A stretch of 62,412 nt of DNA, filler included. It is 7 parts of 7 records of this genome, joined end to end, with 100 filler letters (N's around TTAATTAATTAA, not from the genome) between each part and the next. Parts side by side here need not be neighbours in the genome. Positions count along the whole stretch, not along the records: positions 35,497 to 44,223 come from DRR723986_5908; positions 44,324 to 55,328 come from DRR723986_5944; 5 more parts are not named here. One strand, 5' to 3'. The position numbers and the translations under genes were made by a program. The notes beneath the pieces are model-generated. The model had not been told where the DNA came from and made no database searches. It saw nothing but the letters and a program-made list of their open reading frames with translations. Every line of letters starts with the position of its first letter. The stretch's first letter is position 1. This document shows positions 39,860 to 50,472 of the stretch, piece after piece.

Positions 39860-40918
39860 ATGTTAGAGGCCCTGATCGACCGCTTTGGCGATCCGGCTGT
39901 GTTGATGATGGCCGGTGCGATCACTGGTGTGATTTTTGGCATGGCCGCCCAACATTCCCAGTTTTGCCTGCGTGCTGCCACGGCTGAGGTTGCCGAGGGC
40001 CGGTTTGCATCGCGGTTGTCGATCTGGCTGATTGCGTTTTCGGCGGCGGTGATGCTGGTGCAGGGCGCCGTGGCGTTTGGCCTTTTGGACGTGTCCAATG
40101 CAAGGCAACTCGCCGCCACCGGCAGCATGTCTGGCGCGATCATCGGCGGTTTGATGTTTGGCGCAGGCATGATCCTTGCGCGGGGCTGTGCCAGTCGTTT
40201 GTTGGTGTTGTCGGCAACCGGCAATATGCGGGCGATCCTGACCGGGTTGGTGCTGACGCTGGTCGCGCAGGCCTCCCTGCGGGGGGTGCTGTCTCCTGCT
40301 CGCGAAAGCCTGACGGTGCTGTGGTTGGTTGAGGGCGGCGAGGCGCGCAACATGCTGACCCAACTGGGGTTAAATGCAGGCGTGGCAGCCATAGCGGCGG
40401 CGCTGGCATTGCTCAGCGGGCTGGTCTTGGCAAGGCGGACACAGGTGCAGCCCAGCCGCATCCTTGCCGCTGCCGGTGTTGGCGCAGCTGTGGCTCTGGG
40501 CTGGGCCTTGACCTATGCCATATCGCAGACTTCGTTTGATGTGGTGCCTGTCTCGTCTGTCACCTTCACCGGACCATCGACAGACACTTTGATGGGGTTG
40601 GTCAATGCACCCGACCTGCCACTTGGATTTGGCGTCGGGCTGGTGCCGGGGGTATTTGCAGGCGCTGGATTGATGGCGCTGCTCAGCCGCGAAATCAGAA
40701 TCGAACGCTTTGGCCCTGACACGCCGATGGAGCGCTATTTGCTGGGCGCTGTTCTGATGGGTTTTGGCAGCATGCTGGCCGGAGGCTGCGCGGTGGGCGC
40801 GGGCATGTCGGGCGGGTCGATCTTTGCGATCACGGCATGGGTTGCTGTGTTCTGCATGTGGCTGGGGGCAATGGCGACACATACATTGCTGCGCCGCCGT
40901 GTGGTCGTGGCCGCCTGA
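39860..40918 (+). CDS. YeeE/YedE (SoxT-like) sulfur-compound transporter
   Basis: QFCLR, GGLMFGAGMILARGCASR, GSMLAGGCAVG. Confidence 0.9.
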   Translation: MLEALIDRFGDPAVLMMAGAITGVIFGMAAQHSQFCLRAATAEVAEGRFASRLSIWLIAFSAAVMLVQGAVAFGLLDVSNARQLAATGSMSGAIIGGLMFGAGMILARGCASRLLVLSATGNMRAILTGLVLTLVAQASLRGVLSPARESLTVLWLVEGGEARNMLTQLGLNAGVAAIAAALALLSGLVLARRTQVQPSRILAAAGVGAAVALGWALTYAISQTSFDVVPVSSVTFTGPSTDTLMGLVNAPDLPLGFGVGLVPGVFAGAGLMALLSREIRIERFGPDTPMERYLLGAVLMGFGSMLAGGCAVGAGMSGGSIFAITAWVAVFCMWLGAMATHTLLRRRVVVAA

Positions 40919-40939
40919 GGGGCAGGCGGCCATCAGACC

Positions 40940-41887
40940 TTATTCAAATTCCATCTGTTCGTAGACGCGGCCTGCATTCTTGGTCGCCAGTTCCTCGAAC
41001 GTATCAAGATGCGCATAGGGCGATTGGTCCACATAATAGGCTTCGGCCAGATCACCGCCCGCGTCCAGATGCGCCCCAACTTTTTCTCGCAGGTATTCCA
41101 GATACCCTTTGGTATAGCGGCGCACCTGATCCATGTTGGTCGGATGGCCATGGCCGGGGATCACATAGGTCGCGCCCAATGCTTCAAATTCGGTGTCCCA
41201 AGTCTCCAGCCAATCGGCGGTATAGGTGTGTTCAAAAATCGGCAACATCCGTTCGTGAAACGCCATATCGCCGGAAATCACCAGACTTTGCGCTGGCAAC
41301 CAGACGACGATATCGCCGGGGCTGTGGGCGGGGCCAAGATACCGCGCCTCGATCTCCATGCCACCCATGGAAATCGGATAGCTGTCTTCAAATGTCTCAT
41401 CCGGCATCACAACACGGGTCTGATCGGCACGTTCAAGCAGTCGGTTCTGATGCGCCCGCAGGCTGGCGCCACCAAACTCCTCAATCTCTTGGGCGGCATC
41501 CGCATGGGCGACAATCTTGACGCCTTGATCGGCCCAATAGGAATTGCCCAGCATCGCATGCCCCTGACCGTTTTCATTCAGCACCAGCTTGACCGGTTGA
41601 TCGGTCAGCGCCTTGATCTCTTTGTGCAGTGCTTCGGCCAGAAGGTAGGACGCGCCACCATTGATCACCACAACGCCGTCGCCTGTCACGATAAAGCTGA
41701 GGTTGTTGTTGTGCCCGGCGTTGTCATAGGTGGGCGGCGCAGTGGCCCCGATGGCGGAATAAACACCGGGGATGAACTCCACCGGTTTGGAATACAGCAT
41801 GGAGCCGGGATATTGATCCGCAATGTCTTCGCTGGCCTGTGCGGCCCCGGCCAAAATGCATGTGGAAATGAGCAGTGAACGCAGCAT
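40940..41887 (-). CDS. soxH: SoxH-like metallo-beta-lactamase-fold periplasmic protein
   Basis: Signal peptide; GHNNNLSFIV, NENGQGH, AHSPGD, IPGHG; sox context. Confidence 0.7.
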   Translation of the reverse strand: MLRSLLISTCILAGAAQASEDIADQYPGSMLYSKPVEFIPGVYSAIGATAPPTYDNAGHNNNLSFIVTGDGVVVINGGASYLLAEALHKEIKALTDQPVKLVLNENGQGHAMLGNSYWADQGVKIVAHADAAQEIEEFGGASLRAHQNRLLERADQTRVVMPDETFEDSYPISMGGMEIEARYLGPAHSPGDIVVWLPAQSLVISGDMAFHERMLPIFEHTYTADWLETWDTEFEALGATYVIPGHGHPTNMDQVRRYTKGYLEYLREKVGAHLDAGGDLAEAYYVDQSPYAHLDTFEELATKNAGRVYEQMEFE

Positions 41888-42804
41888 TATATCTGTCCTG
41901 TAAATGTGTAACCGTCAGTGTTTTTTTCGACATACCCCGCGCCTTGCGGCAGGTGGTAGCCGATAACCTGCATCTGTTCGGCAGAAAGTTGATCGAGCAG
42001 AGCAACGCGGGTTTGCGCCGCGAGATCCTGATCCTGATCCGATCCTGATCGCCAGTCAGGCCGGGCAAAGGCGACGTGATGATTGCCGATACAATCACCA
42101 AGGATCATCACCGCATTGCTGCCCGATCGCACCTCAAACGCCATATGGCCGGGGGTATGACCAAAGGTGGCCCGCGCCGCAACGCCGGGCAGGATCTCTT
42201 CTCCGTCTTTGAAAAAGGTGATGTTGTCTTCGATCATCTCTAGCCGCCGCTGCGCCCCCACGGCAAAGGACGCGCGCGCATCGCCAATGGTATCAACGGT
42301 GTTGGGGTCCATCCAATACTCCCACTCGGTCTGCCCGATCATATAGCTGGCATTGCTGAACAGTGGATCGTCAAAATCATCCAGCAGCCCCCAAAGATGA
42401 TCAGGATGCGCATGGGTAAAGACCACATCGGTCACGTCTTCGGGCGCGACCTCCAGTGCCTCTAGCGAGGTCAGAAGCGTGCCCGCATCGGGGGCAAAAT
42501 CCGGGCCGGAGCCAACATCAAACAAGGCCACACATTCGCCGCTGCGCATCAAGGTCACATTGCACGGCGGCGTCAAAACATCCGCAGACAGATCGAAGCC
42601 TTCGATGATCGGGGCCAGTTTATCCTGCGGCATCGGGTCAAAAATGAAACTGCCCGGCAGGGTCAAAGACCCGTCGCTGACCACGTCCAGACGGGTGGTT
42701 CCCAGATCAATCTGCGCAAAGGCGGCGCCGGGGCGCACCCCGAGTGCCGCGCTCGCCATCAGGCCCGCGCCGCCTGCCACAAAACCGCGTCGAGAAAGCG
42801 CCAT
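41887..42804 (-). CDS. soxG: SoxG-like MBL-fold hydrolase, Tat-exported
   Basis: SRRGF, THAHPDH, GHTPGH, GYH. Confidence 0.65.
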   Translation of the reverse strand: MALSRRGFVAGGAGLMASAALGVRPGAAFAQIDLGTTRLDVVSDGSLTLPGSFIFDPMPQDKLAPIIEGFDLSADVLTPPCNVTLMRSGECVALFDVGSGPDFAPDAGTLLTSLEALEVAPEDVTDVVFTHAHPDHLWGLLDDFDDPLFSNASYMIGQTEWEYWMDPNTVDTIGDARASFAVGAQRRLEMIEDNITFFKDGEEILPGVAARATFGHTPGHMAFEVRSGSNAVMILGDCIGNHHVAFARPDWRSGSDQDQDLAAQTRVALLDQLSAEQMQVIGYHLPQGAGYVEKNTDGYTFTGQI

Positions 42805-42953
42805 CTGATACCTCCGCAAAAATTCGATAGTATGAATATGATGGGTTGTTTCGGATTAATCAAGCGATAGCGCGGGCGCAGTTGACTTTGCCTGCCTGCA
42901 AAGGCTTGTCTGCACGGGTGCGCTTTGCCGCGTCCGCAACCCAAGGCCCCGTG

Positions 42954-43883
42954 ATGATCGGAAACACCTTTACCCTCAAACAGCTCGAAGCCCTGATCTG
43001 GGTGGCTGATCTGGGAAGTTTTCGCAAAGCGGCGGCGCATCTGAACACCACACAGCCGAACATTTCCGCCCGGATTGCCGGATTGGAAGCGACCCTGGGC
43101 ACCACCTTGATGCTGCGCAATGCCGGGTCGGTGCAATTGACGGACAAAGGCACCGAGATCGTGCAAGCGGCCCGCCGTGTGCTGCACGAGGCCGAGGGGC
43201 TGATCACGGTGGCAAAGCGGCCCGATCTCATTCAAGACCGCCTGCGCCTTGGGGTGACGGAACTGGTGGCCTGCACATGGCTGCATAGCTTTCTGCTTAG
43301 CCTCAAGGACGCCTATCCCAGTGTAAGCGTGGAACTGACGGTGGATCTGTCACGCAACCTTGATATTGCCTTGACCAAAAACGCGCTGGATCTGGCGATC
43401 CAGACCGCGCCCTTTACCTCCAGCGCCACGGGCATCACGGAATTGGGGCAATATCCCTATGTCTGGGTGTGCGGTGCGTCACTGACATTTGAGGAGGGGC
43501 GGCAATACGGCGTTGGCGATCTGCTAGAGGCAGGCATCCTGACCCCGGCCCGAGACACCCAAGCCTCCATCGCGCTGAATGAATATGCTGACCAACAAGG
43601 GCTGCCCAATGGGCGGATCGTGCCGTCAAACAGCCTGTCGTCCTGTGTAAAAATGGCCCGCGATGGCCTTGGCGTTGCGGTCCTGCCAAGGGCCTTGGTC
43701 ACAGCGGAGGCAGGCGGCGCGCCTTTGCGGCAGTTGCAGGTCGATTGGACCCCGGCACCGCTGCGCTTTGCCGCGCGTTATCAGGCGGGCAAAGTGGCGC
43801 AATATGTTCAGGAGGCCGCCGCCATCGCCGGACGTATCTCGGAGGATTACATCCGCGCCGAGGCGGAAGCGGTGGTTTTTTAG
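42954..43883 (+). CDS. LysR family transcriptional regulator
   Basis: LKQLEAL..GSFRKAAAHLNTTQPNISARI HTH. Confidence 0.93.
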   Translation: MIGNTFTLKQLEALIWVADLGSFRKAAAHLNTTQPNISARIAGLEATLGTTLMLRNAGSVQLTDKGTEIVQAARRVLHEAEGLITVAKRPDLIQDRLRLGVTELVACTWLHSFLLSLKDAYPSVSVELTVDLSRNLDIALTKNALDLAIQTAPFTSSATGITELGQYPYVWVCGASLTFEEGRQYGVGDLLEAGILTPARDTQASIALNEYADQQGLPNGRIVPSNSLSSCVKMARDGLGVAVLPRALVTAEAGGAPLRQLQVDWTPAPLRFAARYQAGKVAQYVQEAAAIAGRISEDYIRAEAEAVVF

Positions 43884-43893
43884 ACCCCGAAGG

Positions 43894-43908
43894 ATCACAA
43901 AAATCTAT
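43894..43908 (+). promoter_or_regulatory. Putative LysR box (T-N11-A)
   Basis: ATCACAAAAATCTAT upstream of the hydantoinase gene. Confidence 0.4.
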
Positions 43909-43985
43909 CACTCATATCGGAAATAAGAATTGGATTTGATCTGCCTCCCCCCGCTACGCTGCGGAAAATCAATCAGGTTGGACAG

Positions 43986-44223
43986 ATGACACAGAATGCG
44001 ATTCGACTGGGCGTAGACATTGGCGGCACCTTTACCGACGTGGTGCTTGAGGTGGGCGGAAACCCCTATTCCACCAAGGTGCTGACCACCTACGCCGCGC
44101 CGGAAAACGCGATTATCGACGGGATGCATCAGGTTTGCACCAAGGCCGGGATTGCCCCGTCCGATATCGGCCAGATCATCCACGGCACAACCTTGGCCAC
44201 CAATGCGCTGATCGAACGGCGCG
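43986..44223 (+). CDS. Hydantoinase A/oxoprolinase family, 3'-truncated
   Basis: GVDIGGTFTD, HGTTLATNALIER. Confidence 0.92.
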
Positions 44224-44323
44224 NNNNNNNNNNNNNNNNNNNNNNNNNNNNNNNNNNNNNNNNNNNNTTAATTAATTAANNNNNNNNNNNNNNNNNNNNN
44301 NNNNNNNNNNNNNNNNNNNNNNN
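44224..44323. other. Artificial contig linker
   Basis: N44-TTAATTAATTAA-N44. Confidence 0.99.
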
Positions 44324-44324
44324 C

Positions 44325-45743
44325 CCCGCCACTGCCGTTCGGGCGGTGCAAGCCGCCAGCGAATTGCCCTTTGCCCAAGGCATCCTGCGCGAGCGTGAAT
44401 TGTTCATGGAGCTGATGAACACCGATCAGCGCAAAGGCATGATCCACGCCTTCTTTAACGAACGCGCGGTCAGCAACCTGCCGGAGCTGAAAGGCGTTGA
44501 ACCACGTGCCTTGCAATCCATCGGCGTGATTGGCGGCGGCACCATGGGGGCAGGCATCGCCACGGCGGCGCTTTTGTCGGGCTTTGGCGTGGTGTTGATC
44601 GAGATGAAAGACGAATTTGCCGCCGCCGCCCGCGACCGCATTGCAGGCAACCTTCAAGGAGCCTTGAAGCGCGGCAAGATCAATCAAGCCAAATACGATG
44701 CCCTCACCACTCAGGCGCTGACTGTCTCAACCAATTACGACAGCCTGTCAGACGTCGATCTGGTCATTGAGGCGGTGTTTGAGGACATGGCCGTCAAACG
44801 CGAGGTGTTTGGCAAACTGGACGCGGCCTGCAAGCCCGGTTGTGTGCTGGCCTCCAACACCTCTTACCTGGATGTAAATGAGATCGCTGCCTGCACATCG
44901 CGCCCGGCGGACGTGATTGGCCTGCACTTCTTTAGCCCGGCCCATGTGATGAAGTTGCTTGAGGTGGTGGTCGCCGATCAAACCGCGCCGGATGTCGTTG
45001 CCACGGGCTTTGCGCTGGGCAAGGCGCTGGGCAAAGTCAGTGTGCGGGCCGGTGTCTGTGACGGCTTTATCGGCAATCGCATTCTGGCCACCTACCGCAC
45101 CGCCGCCGATCACATGGTTCTGGACGGCGCGACACCCTATCAGATCGACAAAGCACTGGCGGATTTCGGCTTTGCTATGGGGCCCTTTGCCGTGGCCGAT
45201 CTGGCGGGGCTCGACATTGGCTGGATGACCCGCAAGCGCAAAGCGCCGGACCGCCATCCGCAGGAGCGCGTGCCAACCTACATCGACCGGCTGTGCGAGC
45301 AAGGCCACTTTGGCCAGAAAACCGGCGAGGGCTATTACGTCTATGAAAAGGGCAAACGCGGCGGCACGCCCAATCCCAAAATTGCCGATCTGATCGCCGC
45401 CGAACAGCAAGAGCTGGGAATTACGCCACGTCCTTTCACCGATCAGGAGATTGTACGCCGCTACATGTGTGCCATGGTAAACGAAGCGGCCAAGGTCGTG
45501 GGCGAAGGCATCGCCCGCCGCCCCTTGGACGTCGATATGACATTGCTCTTTGGATACGGTTTCCCGCGCTATTGGGGCGGGCCAATGAAATGGGCCGACA
45601 TTCAGGGGCTGCCCGCTGTTCTGGCGGATATTGAAAGCTATGCAAAGGAAGATGCCTGGTTCTGGGAGCCGGCGCCGCTTCTGAAAAAACTGGCCTCCGA
45701 GGGCCGCACATTTGATGATTTGAACAAGGAACCCTTGAAATGA
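44325..45743 (+). CDS. Enoyl-CoA hydratase/3-hydroxyacyl-CoA dehydrogenase (PimF-like), 5'-truncated
   Basis: [34 protein letters not shown]. Confidence 0.92.
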   Translation, partial: PATAVRAVQAASELPFAQGILRERELFMELMNTDQRKGMIHAFFNERAVSNLPELKGVEPRALQSIGVIGGGTMGAGIATAALLSGFGVVLIEMKDEFAAAARDRIAGNLQGALKRGKINQAKYDALTTQALTVSTNYDSLSDVDLVIEAVFEDMAVKREVFGKLDAACKPGCVLASNTSYLDVNEIAACTSRPADVIGLHFFSPAHVMKLLEVVVADQTAPDVVATGFALGKALGKVSVRAGVCDGFIGNRILATYRTAADHMVLDGATPYQIDKALADFGFAMGPFAVADLAGLDIGWMTRKRKAPDRHPQERVPTYIDRLCEQGHFGQKTGEGYYVYEKGKRGGTPNPKIADLIAAEQQELGITPRPFTDQEIVRRYMCAMVNEAAKVVGEGIARRPLDVDMTLLFGYGFPRYWGGPMKWADIQGLPAVLADIESYAKEDAWFWEPAPLLKKLASEGRTFDDLNKEPLK

Positions 45744-46912
45744 AACAAGCAGTTATCGTCTCCACCGCCCGCACGGGCCTTGCGAAATCTTTTCGGGGTT
45801 CGTTCAACATGACCCATGGCGCCACCATGGGCGGTCATGCGGTTGAACATGCGGTCAAACGGGCGGGCCTTGATCCGGCGCAGATCGAAGACATCTATAT
45901 GGGCTGCGGCACGCCCGAGGGGGCAACCGGTGCCAATATCGCACGCCAGATCGGTCTGCGGGCAGGTCTGCCGATCACAACCTCCGGCGTCACGGTCAAC
46001 CGGTTCTGTTCGTCCGGCCTGCAAACGGTCGCCATGGCCGCCAACGCCATCACCCAAGAGGGCGCAGGCCCGATGGTTGCAGGCGGGGTTGAGAGCATTT
46101 CAATGGTCCAGCCACATATGAAGCATGTGCCCGACCCATGGCTGCTGGAACACAAGCCTGACGTCTACATGACCATGATCGAAACCGCCGATATCGTCGC
46201 CGAACGCTATGGCCTCAGCCGCGAATATCAGGACGAATACGGTCTGCGCAGCCAGCAGCTGATCCATGAGGCACAACAGGCCGGCAAATTCGATGATGAA
46301 ATCGTGCCGATGACCACAACCATGGGGATGAAGAACAAAGAAACCGGCGAAGTGACCACGCATGAGGTTGTCGTGGACCGCGACGAATGCAACCGCCCCG
46401 GCACCACCATGGAAGGCCTTTCTGGCCTGCAGCCGGTGCGTGAAGGCGGGTTCGTCACTGCGGGCAACGCCAGCCAGCTTTCTGACGGCGCAGCCGCCGT
46501 TGTGGTGATGGACAGCAAGGAAGCCGAAAAAGCCGGTCTGGAACCGCTTGGCGCGTTCAAGGGCTTTGCCGTGGCGGGCTGCGAGCCGGACGAGATGGGC
46601 ATCGGGCCGGTCTTTGCCGTGCCGCGTCTGCTGGAACGGCACGGCCTCAAGGTGGATGACATCGACCTGTGGGAACTGAACGAAGCCTTTGCCTCGCAGT
46701 GTCTTTATGCACGGGACCGTCTGGGCATCGACCCCGACAAATACAACGTCAACGGCGGCTCCATCGCCATCGGCCACCCCTTCGGCATGACCGGCGCGCG
46801 CCTGACAGGTCACCTCCTGCTTGAGGGCAAGCGTCGCGGTGCCAAACTGGGCGTTGTAACCATGTGCGTTGGCGGCGGCATGGGCGCTGCTGGCCTGTTC
46901 GAAATCTACTAA
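45740..46912 (+). CDS. Acetyl-CoA C-acyltransferase (thiolase, PimB-like)
   Basis: [23 protein letters not shown]. Confidence 0.95.
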   Translation: MKQAVIVSTARTGLAKSFRGSFNMTHGATMGGHAVEHAVKRAGLDPAQIEDIYMGCGTPEGATGANIARQIGLRAGLPITTSGVTVNRFCSSGLQTVAMAANAITQEGAGPMVAGGVESISMVQPHMKHVPDPWLLEHKPDVYMTMIETADIVAERYGLSREYQDEYGLRSQQLIHEAQQAGKFDDEIVPMTTTMGMKNKETGEVTTHEVVVDRDECNRPGTTMEGLSGLQPVREGGFVTAGNASQLSDGAAAVVVMDSKEAEKAGLEPLGAFKGFAVAGCEPDEMGIGPVFAVPRLLERHGLKVDDIDLWELNEAFASQCLYARDRLGIDPDKYNVNGGSIAIGHPFGMTGARLTGHLLLEGKRRGAKLGVVTMCVGGGMGAAGLFEIY

Positions 46913-46924
46913 GGGAGCGGCCCA

Positions 46925-48130
46925 ATGGACCTGCGTTACTCAGATGAAGAGAAGGCCTTCCGAGACGAAGTCCGCAGCTTTCTCAAGGAAAAGCTGCCCA
47001 AGGAGTTCAGCGACAAGATCCGCAAAGGTCAGGAATTGGGCCGCGAAAATCAGGAACGCTGGCATGCGATCCTGAACGAACAGGGCTGGCTTGCACCGAA
47101 CTGGCCAGCCTCCTTTGGCGGGGCGGAATGGAACGCGGTGCAGCGGCATATCTTCGAAGAAGAAGCCGCCGCCGCCAACGCCCCGCGCATCGTGCCCTTC
47201 GGCCTGTCGATGCTGGCCCCGGTGCTGCAAAAATTCGGCTCCAAGGAACAGCAGGACTATTGGCTGCCGCGCATTTTGTCGGGCGAAGACTGGTGGTGTC
47301 AGGGCTATTCCGAACCGGGCGCGGGGTCTGATCTGGCGTCTTTGAAAACCACGGCTGTGTTGAATGACGCGGGCACCCATTATGTGGTGAACGGGCAAAA
47401 GACATGGACGACCCTTGGCCAGCACGCCAACATGATTTTCTGTCTGGTGCGCACCAACAAGGACGTCAAACAGCAAGAGGGCATTTCCTTTCTGCTGATC
47501 GACATGAACACACCCGGCGTCGAAGTGCGCCCGATCATCCTTTTGGATGGCACTCATGAGGTCAACGAGGTCTGGTTTACAGACGTCGAAGTGCCGGTGG
47601 AAAATCTGGTGGGCGAGCAGGACAAGGGTTGGACCTACGCCAAATACTTGCTGACCCACGAACGGACCAACATTGCTGGCGTTGGCTTTTCCCAGGCTGG
47701 TCTGGCGGCAGTCAAGCGAGTTGCCCGCGCCGAAATGGCAGGGGGCAAACCCCTCGCGCAAAATCCGCATTTTGCCGCGCGTATGGCACAGGTCGAGATT
47801 GACCTGATGGCGATGGCCACCACCAATCTGCGCATTATTTCGCAAGCCGCCGCTGGCAGTGCGCCGGGTGTTGAGGCGTCGATGCTCAAGGTCAAAGGCA
47901 CCATCATCCGGCAGGAAATCAACGATCTGGCCCGCCGTGCAGTGGGGGCATACGCGATGCCCTTCGCATCGGAAGCGGTCGAGGGATCCAACGCGGGCTT
48001 GCCTGATCCTCATGACGCGGGGCCGGTGGCCGCGCAATATTTCAACTATCGCAAGCTGTCGATCTTTGGCGGCTCGAACGAGATTCAACGTGGCATCATT
48101 GCCAAGGTTAAGATGGGAGGTGGCGCATGA
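46925..48130 (+). CDS. Acyl-CoA dehydrogenase (PimC-like large subunit)
   Basis: WCQGYSEPGAGSDLASL, NGQKTWT, SIFGGSNEIQR. Confidence 0.92.
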   Translation: MDLRYSDEEKAFRDEVRSFLKEKLPKEFSDKIRKGQELGRENQERWHAILNEQGWLAPNWPASFGGAEWNAVQRHIFEEEAAAANAPRIVPFGLSMLAPVLQKFGSKEQQDYWLPRILSGEDWWCQGYSEPGAGSDLASLKTTAVLNDAGTHYVVNGQKTWTTLGQHANMIFCLVRTNKDVKQQEGISFLLIDMNTPGVEVRPIILLDGTHEVNEVWFTDVEVPVENLVGEQDKGWTYAKYLLTHERTNIAGVGFSQAGLAAVKRVARAEMAGGKPLAQNPHFAARMAQVEIDLMAMATTNLRIISQAAAGSAPGVEASMLKVKGTIIRQEINDLARRAVGAYAMPFASEAVEGSNAGLPDPHDAGPVAAQYFNYRKLSIFGGSNEIQRGIIAKVKMGGGA

Positions 48131-49260
48131 ATTTTGACCTGACCGAAGAACGGCAAATGTTGCAGGACACCCTGCGCCGGTTCCTGCGTGACCGCTATGA
48201 CACCGCAACACGCAACACCATTCTCGACAGCGACAGCGGCATGTCCGCAGACATTTGGGCGCAATTGGCCGAACTGGGCGTCATCGGCGCTTTGTTCACC
48301 GAAGACCAGGGCGGCTTTGGCGGCAAGGGCTTTGATCTGGCCGTGGTGTTTGAAGAACTGGGCCGCGCTGGCGTGGTGGAGCCGGTGCTGGACAGTGCTG
48401 TTCTGGCGGGCGGCTTGCTGGCGGATCTCGGCAACGAGGCACAGCAAACGCATGTTGAAACCCTGATTGGTGGCGGGTTGCATATGGCCTTCGCCCATGG
48501 CGAACCCTCCAGCCGTTACGACCTGAACCGCGTGCAAACCACAGCCAAAACCGATGGCGATGCCATCGTGCTGAACGGTCACAAGGCCGTCGTGGTCAAC
48601 GCCGAAGCTGCCGATTATCTGGTGGTCTCGGCCCGCGAAAGCGGCGCGGTGGATGACGAGGCGGGCATCTCGCTGTTCCTTGTGCCCGCAGATGCCAAAG
48701 GTCTCACCATCCAGGGCTACGCCTTGCTGGCCGGTGGCCGTGCTGCCGAGGTGATGCTCGACAATGTGCAGCTGACCGCCGCAGACCGTTTGGGCGAGGC
48801 AGGCAGTGCTTTCGCCGCGATCGAGGCGCGGATGGCCGCAGCCAGCGTCGCACAATGCGCCGAAACGCTGGGTGCGATGGAAACCGCGACAGAACTGACC
48901 CGCGACTACCTCGGTACCCGCAAACAGTTTGGTCGCCCCATCGGCACCTTTCAGGCACTGGCCCATCGGTTCTCTGATCTGCTGATCGAGATGGAGCAAG
49001 CCCGCTCTGCCGTGATCAACGCCGCGGGCCATCTTGAGGAAGACCGCAAACTGCGCGAGATCAACGTGTCCTCCACCAAGAACCTCATGGGCCGCGCCGG
49101 TCGTCTGGTTGCCGAAGAAAGCATCCAGATGCACGGCGGCATCGCGATGACGCAGGAATATGAACTGGCTCATATCGCCAAGCGGATCACCATGGCCGAT
49201 CACCGGTTTGGCGACACGGATCATCATCTTGAACGGTTCATCGCCCTTGCCGCCGCCTGA
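48127..49260 (+). CDS. Acyl-CoA dehydrogenase (PimD-like small subunit)
   Basis: MNFDLTEE, RKQFGRPIGTFQAL, IQMHGGI. Confidence 0.9.
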   Translation: MNFDLTEERQMLQDTLRRFLRDRYDTATRNTILDSDSGMSADIWAQLAELGVIGALFTEDQGGFGGKGFDLAVVFEELGRAGVVEPVLDSAVLAGGLLADLGNEAQQTHVETLIGGGLHMAFAHGEPSSRYDLNRVQTTAKTDGDAIVLNGHKAVVVNAEAADYLVVSARESGAVDDEAGISLFLVPADAKGLTIQGYALLAGGRAAEVMLDNVQLTAADRLGEAGSAFAAIEARMAAASVAQCAETLGAMETATELTRDYLGTRKQFGRPIGTFQALAHRFSDLLIEMEQARSAVINAAGHLEEDRKLREINVSSTKNLMGRAGRLVAEESIQMHGGIAMTQEYELAHIAKRITMADHRFGDTDHHLERFIALAAA

Positions 49261-49675
49261 GGCCGATAGCCTGATCCACGACGAAACCGGCACGCAAACG
49301 CTGATCGGTTACGTCGTGGATGTAGGCGGGCAAGACGGGCGCGGGCGCTGTTGGCTTGATATCGGGCCGCAACACACCAACCGCCACGGGGTGCTGCATG
49401 GCGGCATCGCAACGGCGATCCTGGACAACGCCAGCGGCACCACCGGATCCTTGACGGTGGACGCCGCAGGCAAAGCGCCGTTTCTCACCGTGACCTTGAC
49501 AACCCAATTTATCGCGCCGGTCGGCATTGGCAAACGGGTCACCGCCACGGGCCGGGTCACGGGGGGCGGGCGCAGCATTCTATATATCGCCGCCGATCTG
49601 GTCGACGAAGATGGCCGCCTGATTGCCAGCTCCACCGGCGTATTCAAACGTGTCCCAAAGGAACGACTGACATGA
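49247..49675 (+). CDS. PaaI-family hot-dog thioesterase
   Basis: NRHGVLHGG..ILD; probable TTG start. Confidence 0.85.
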   Translation: MPPPEADSLIHDETGTQTLIGYVVDVGGQDGRGRCWLDIGPQHTNRHGVLHGGIATAILDNASGTTGSLTVDAAGKAPFLTVTLTTQFIAPVGIGKRVTATGRVTGGGRSILYIAADLVDEDGRLIASSTGVFKRVPKERLT

Positions 49676-50442
49676 CCGCACGGATCGAAGACAAAGGCGA
49701 TCGCCTGATCATATGGAACGGCAACACCGCCAAACGGGGGGCGCTGTCGCCAGAACTTTATGAGTGTATCGCGGCGGCCATGGAACAGGCGCAAGATCCC
49801 CGTATTCGCGCTGTGATCCTGACCTCCGAAGGTGGGTTTTTCTGTGCAGGCGGCGATTTGAACGTGCTGATCGCCCGCCGCAAAATGGCCGAGGCAGACC
49901 GCCGCGACCGCATTGATGATCTGCACGATCTGGTCCGCAGCATCCGCGCCTGCCCCGTGCCGGTGATCGCCGCCGTCGAAGGCGGCGCAGCGGGGGCCGG
50001 GCTTTCCTTGGCGCTGGCCTGTGATCTGATCGTGGCAAGTGAGACCGCTAAATTCACAGCCGCCTATGTCAAGGCTGGACTGGTGCCAGATGCGGGCCTA
50101 ACCGCCGCGCTGGCACGGATGATCCCGCGCCCGCTGGCGATGGAGATGTGCCTGATGGGCCGCCCTGTGATGGCTCAGCGGTTTGCCGATCTGGGCGCGG
50201 TCAATCTGATCTGCGCCGAAGGTCAGGCCATGACCGAAGCCATGGCACTGGCCGATGCGCTCGCCGCCGGTCCGCGCACCGCCCAAGGCGTTATTCGCGG
50301 ACTTGTCGGCGCGGCTTATGACGTCACCGAAGCCGCGCAGCTTGATGCCGAACGCGATGCCATGGCCCATGCCGCCGGACAGGCCGAAGCCGCCGAAGGC
50401 ATTGCGGCCTTCTTAGAAAAGCGGCCGCCAAATTACCGCTGA
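49672..50442 (+). CDS. Enoyl-CoA hydratase/isomerase family
   Basis: FCAGGDL, AVEGGAAGAG, GLVPD, EGIAAFLEKR. Confidence 0.92.
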   Translation: MTARIEDKGDRLIIWNGNTAKRGALSPELYECIAAAMEQAQDPRIRAVILTSEGGFFCAGGDLNVLIARRKMAEADRRDRIDDLHDLVRSIRACPVPVIAAVEGGAAGAGLSLALACDLIVASETAKFTAAYVKAGLVPDAGLTAALARMIPRPLAMEMCLMGRPVMAQRFADLGAVNLICAEGQAMTEAMALADALAAGPRTAQGVIRGLVGAAYDVTEAAQLDAERDAMAHAAGQAEAAEGIAAFLEKRPPNYR

Positions 50443-50472
50443 TCACGCAGCCAACGACAGGGAGGGAACCAA

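Noticed and set aside
46940..49293. Long antisense ORFs (e.g. 46940-48211 and 48085-49293; also 35985-37421 and 23015-24124)
   Set aside because: Shadow ORFs of well-supported genes in high-GC DNA, with no recognisable motifs.
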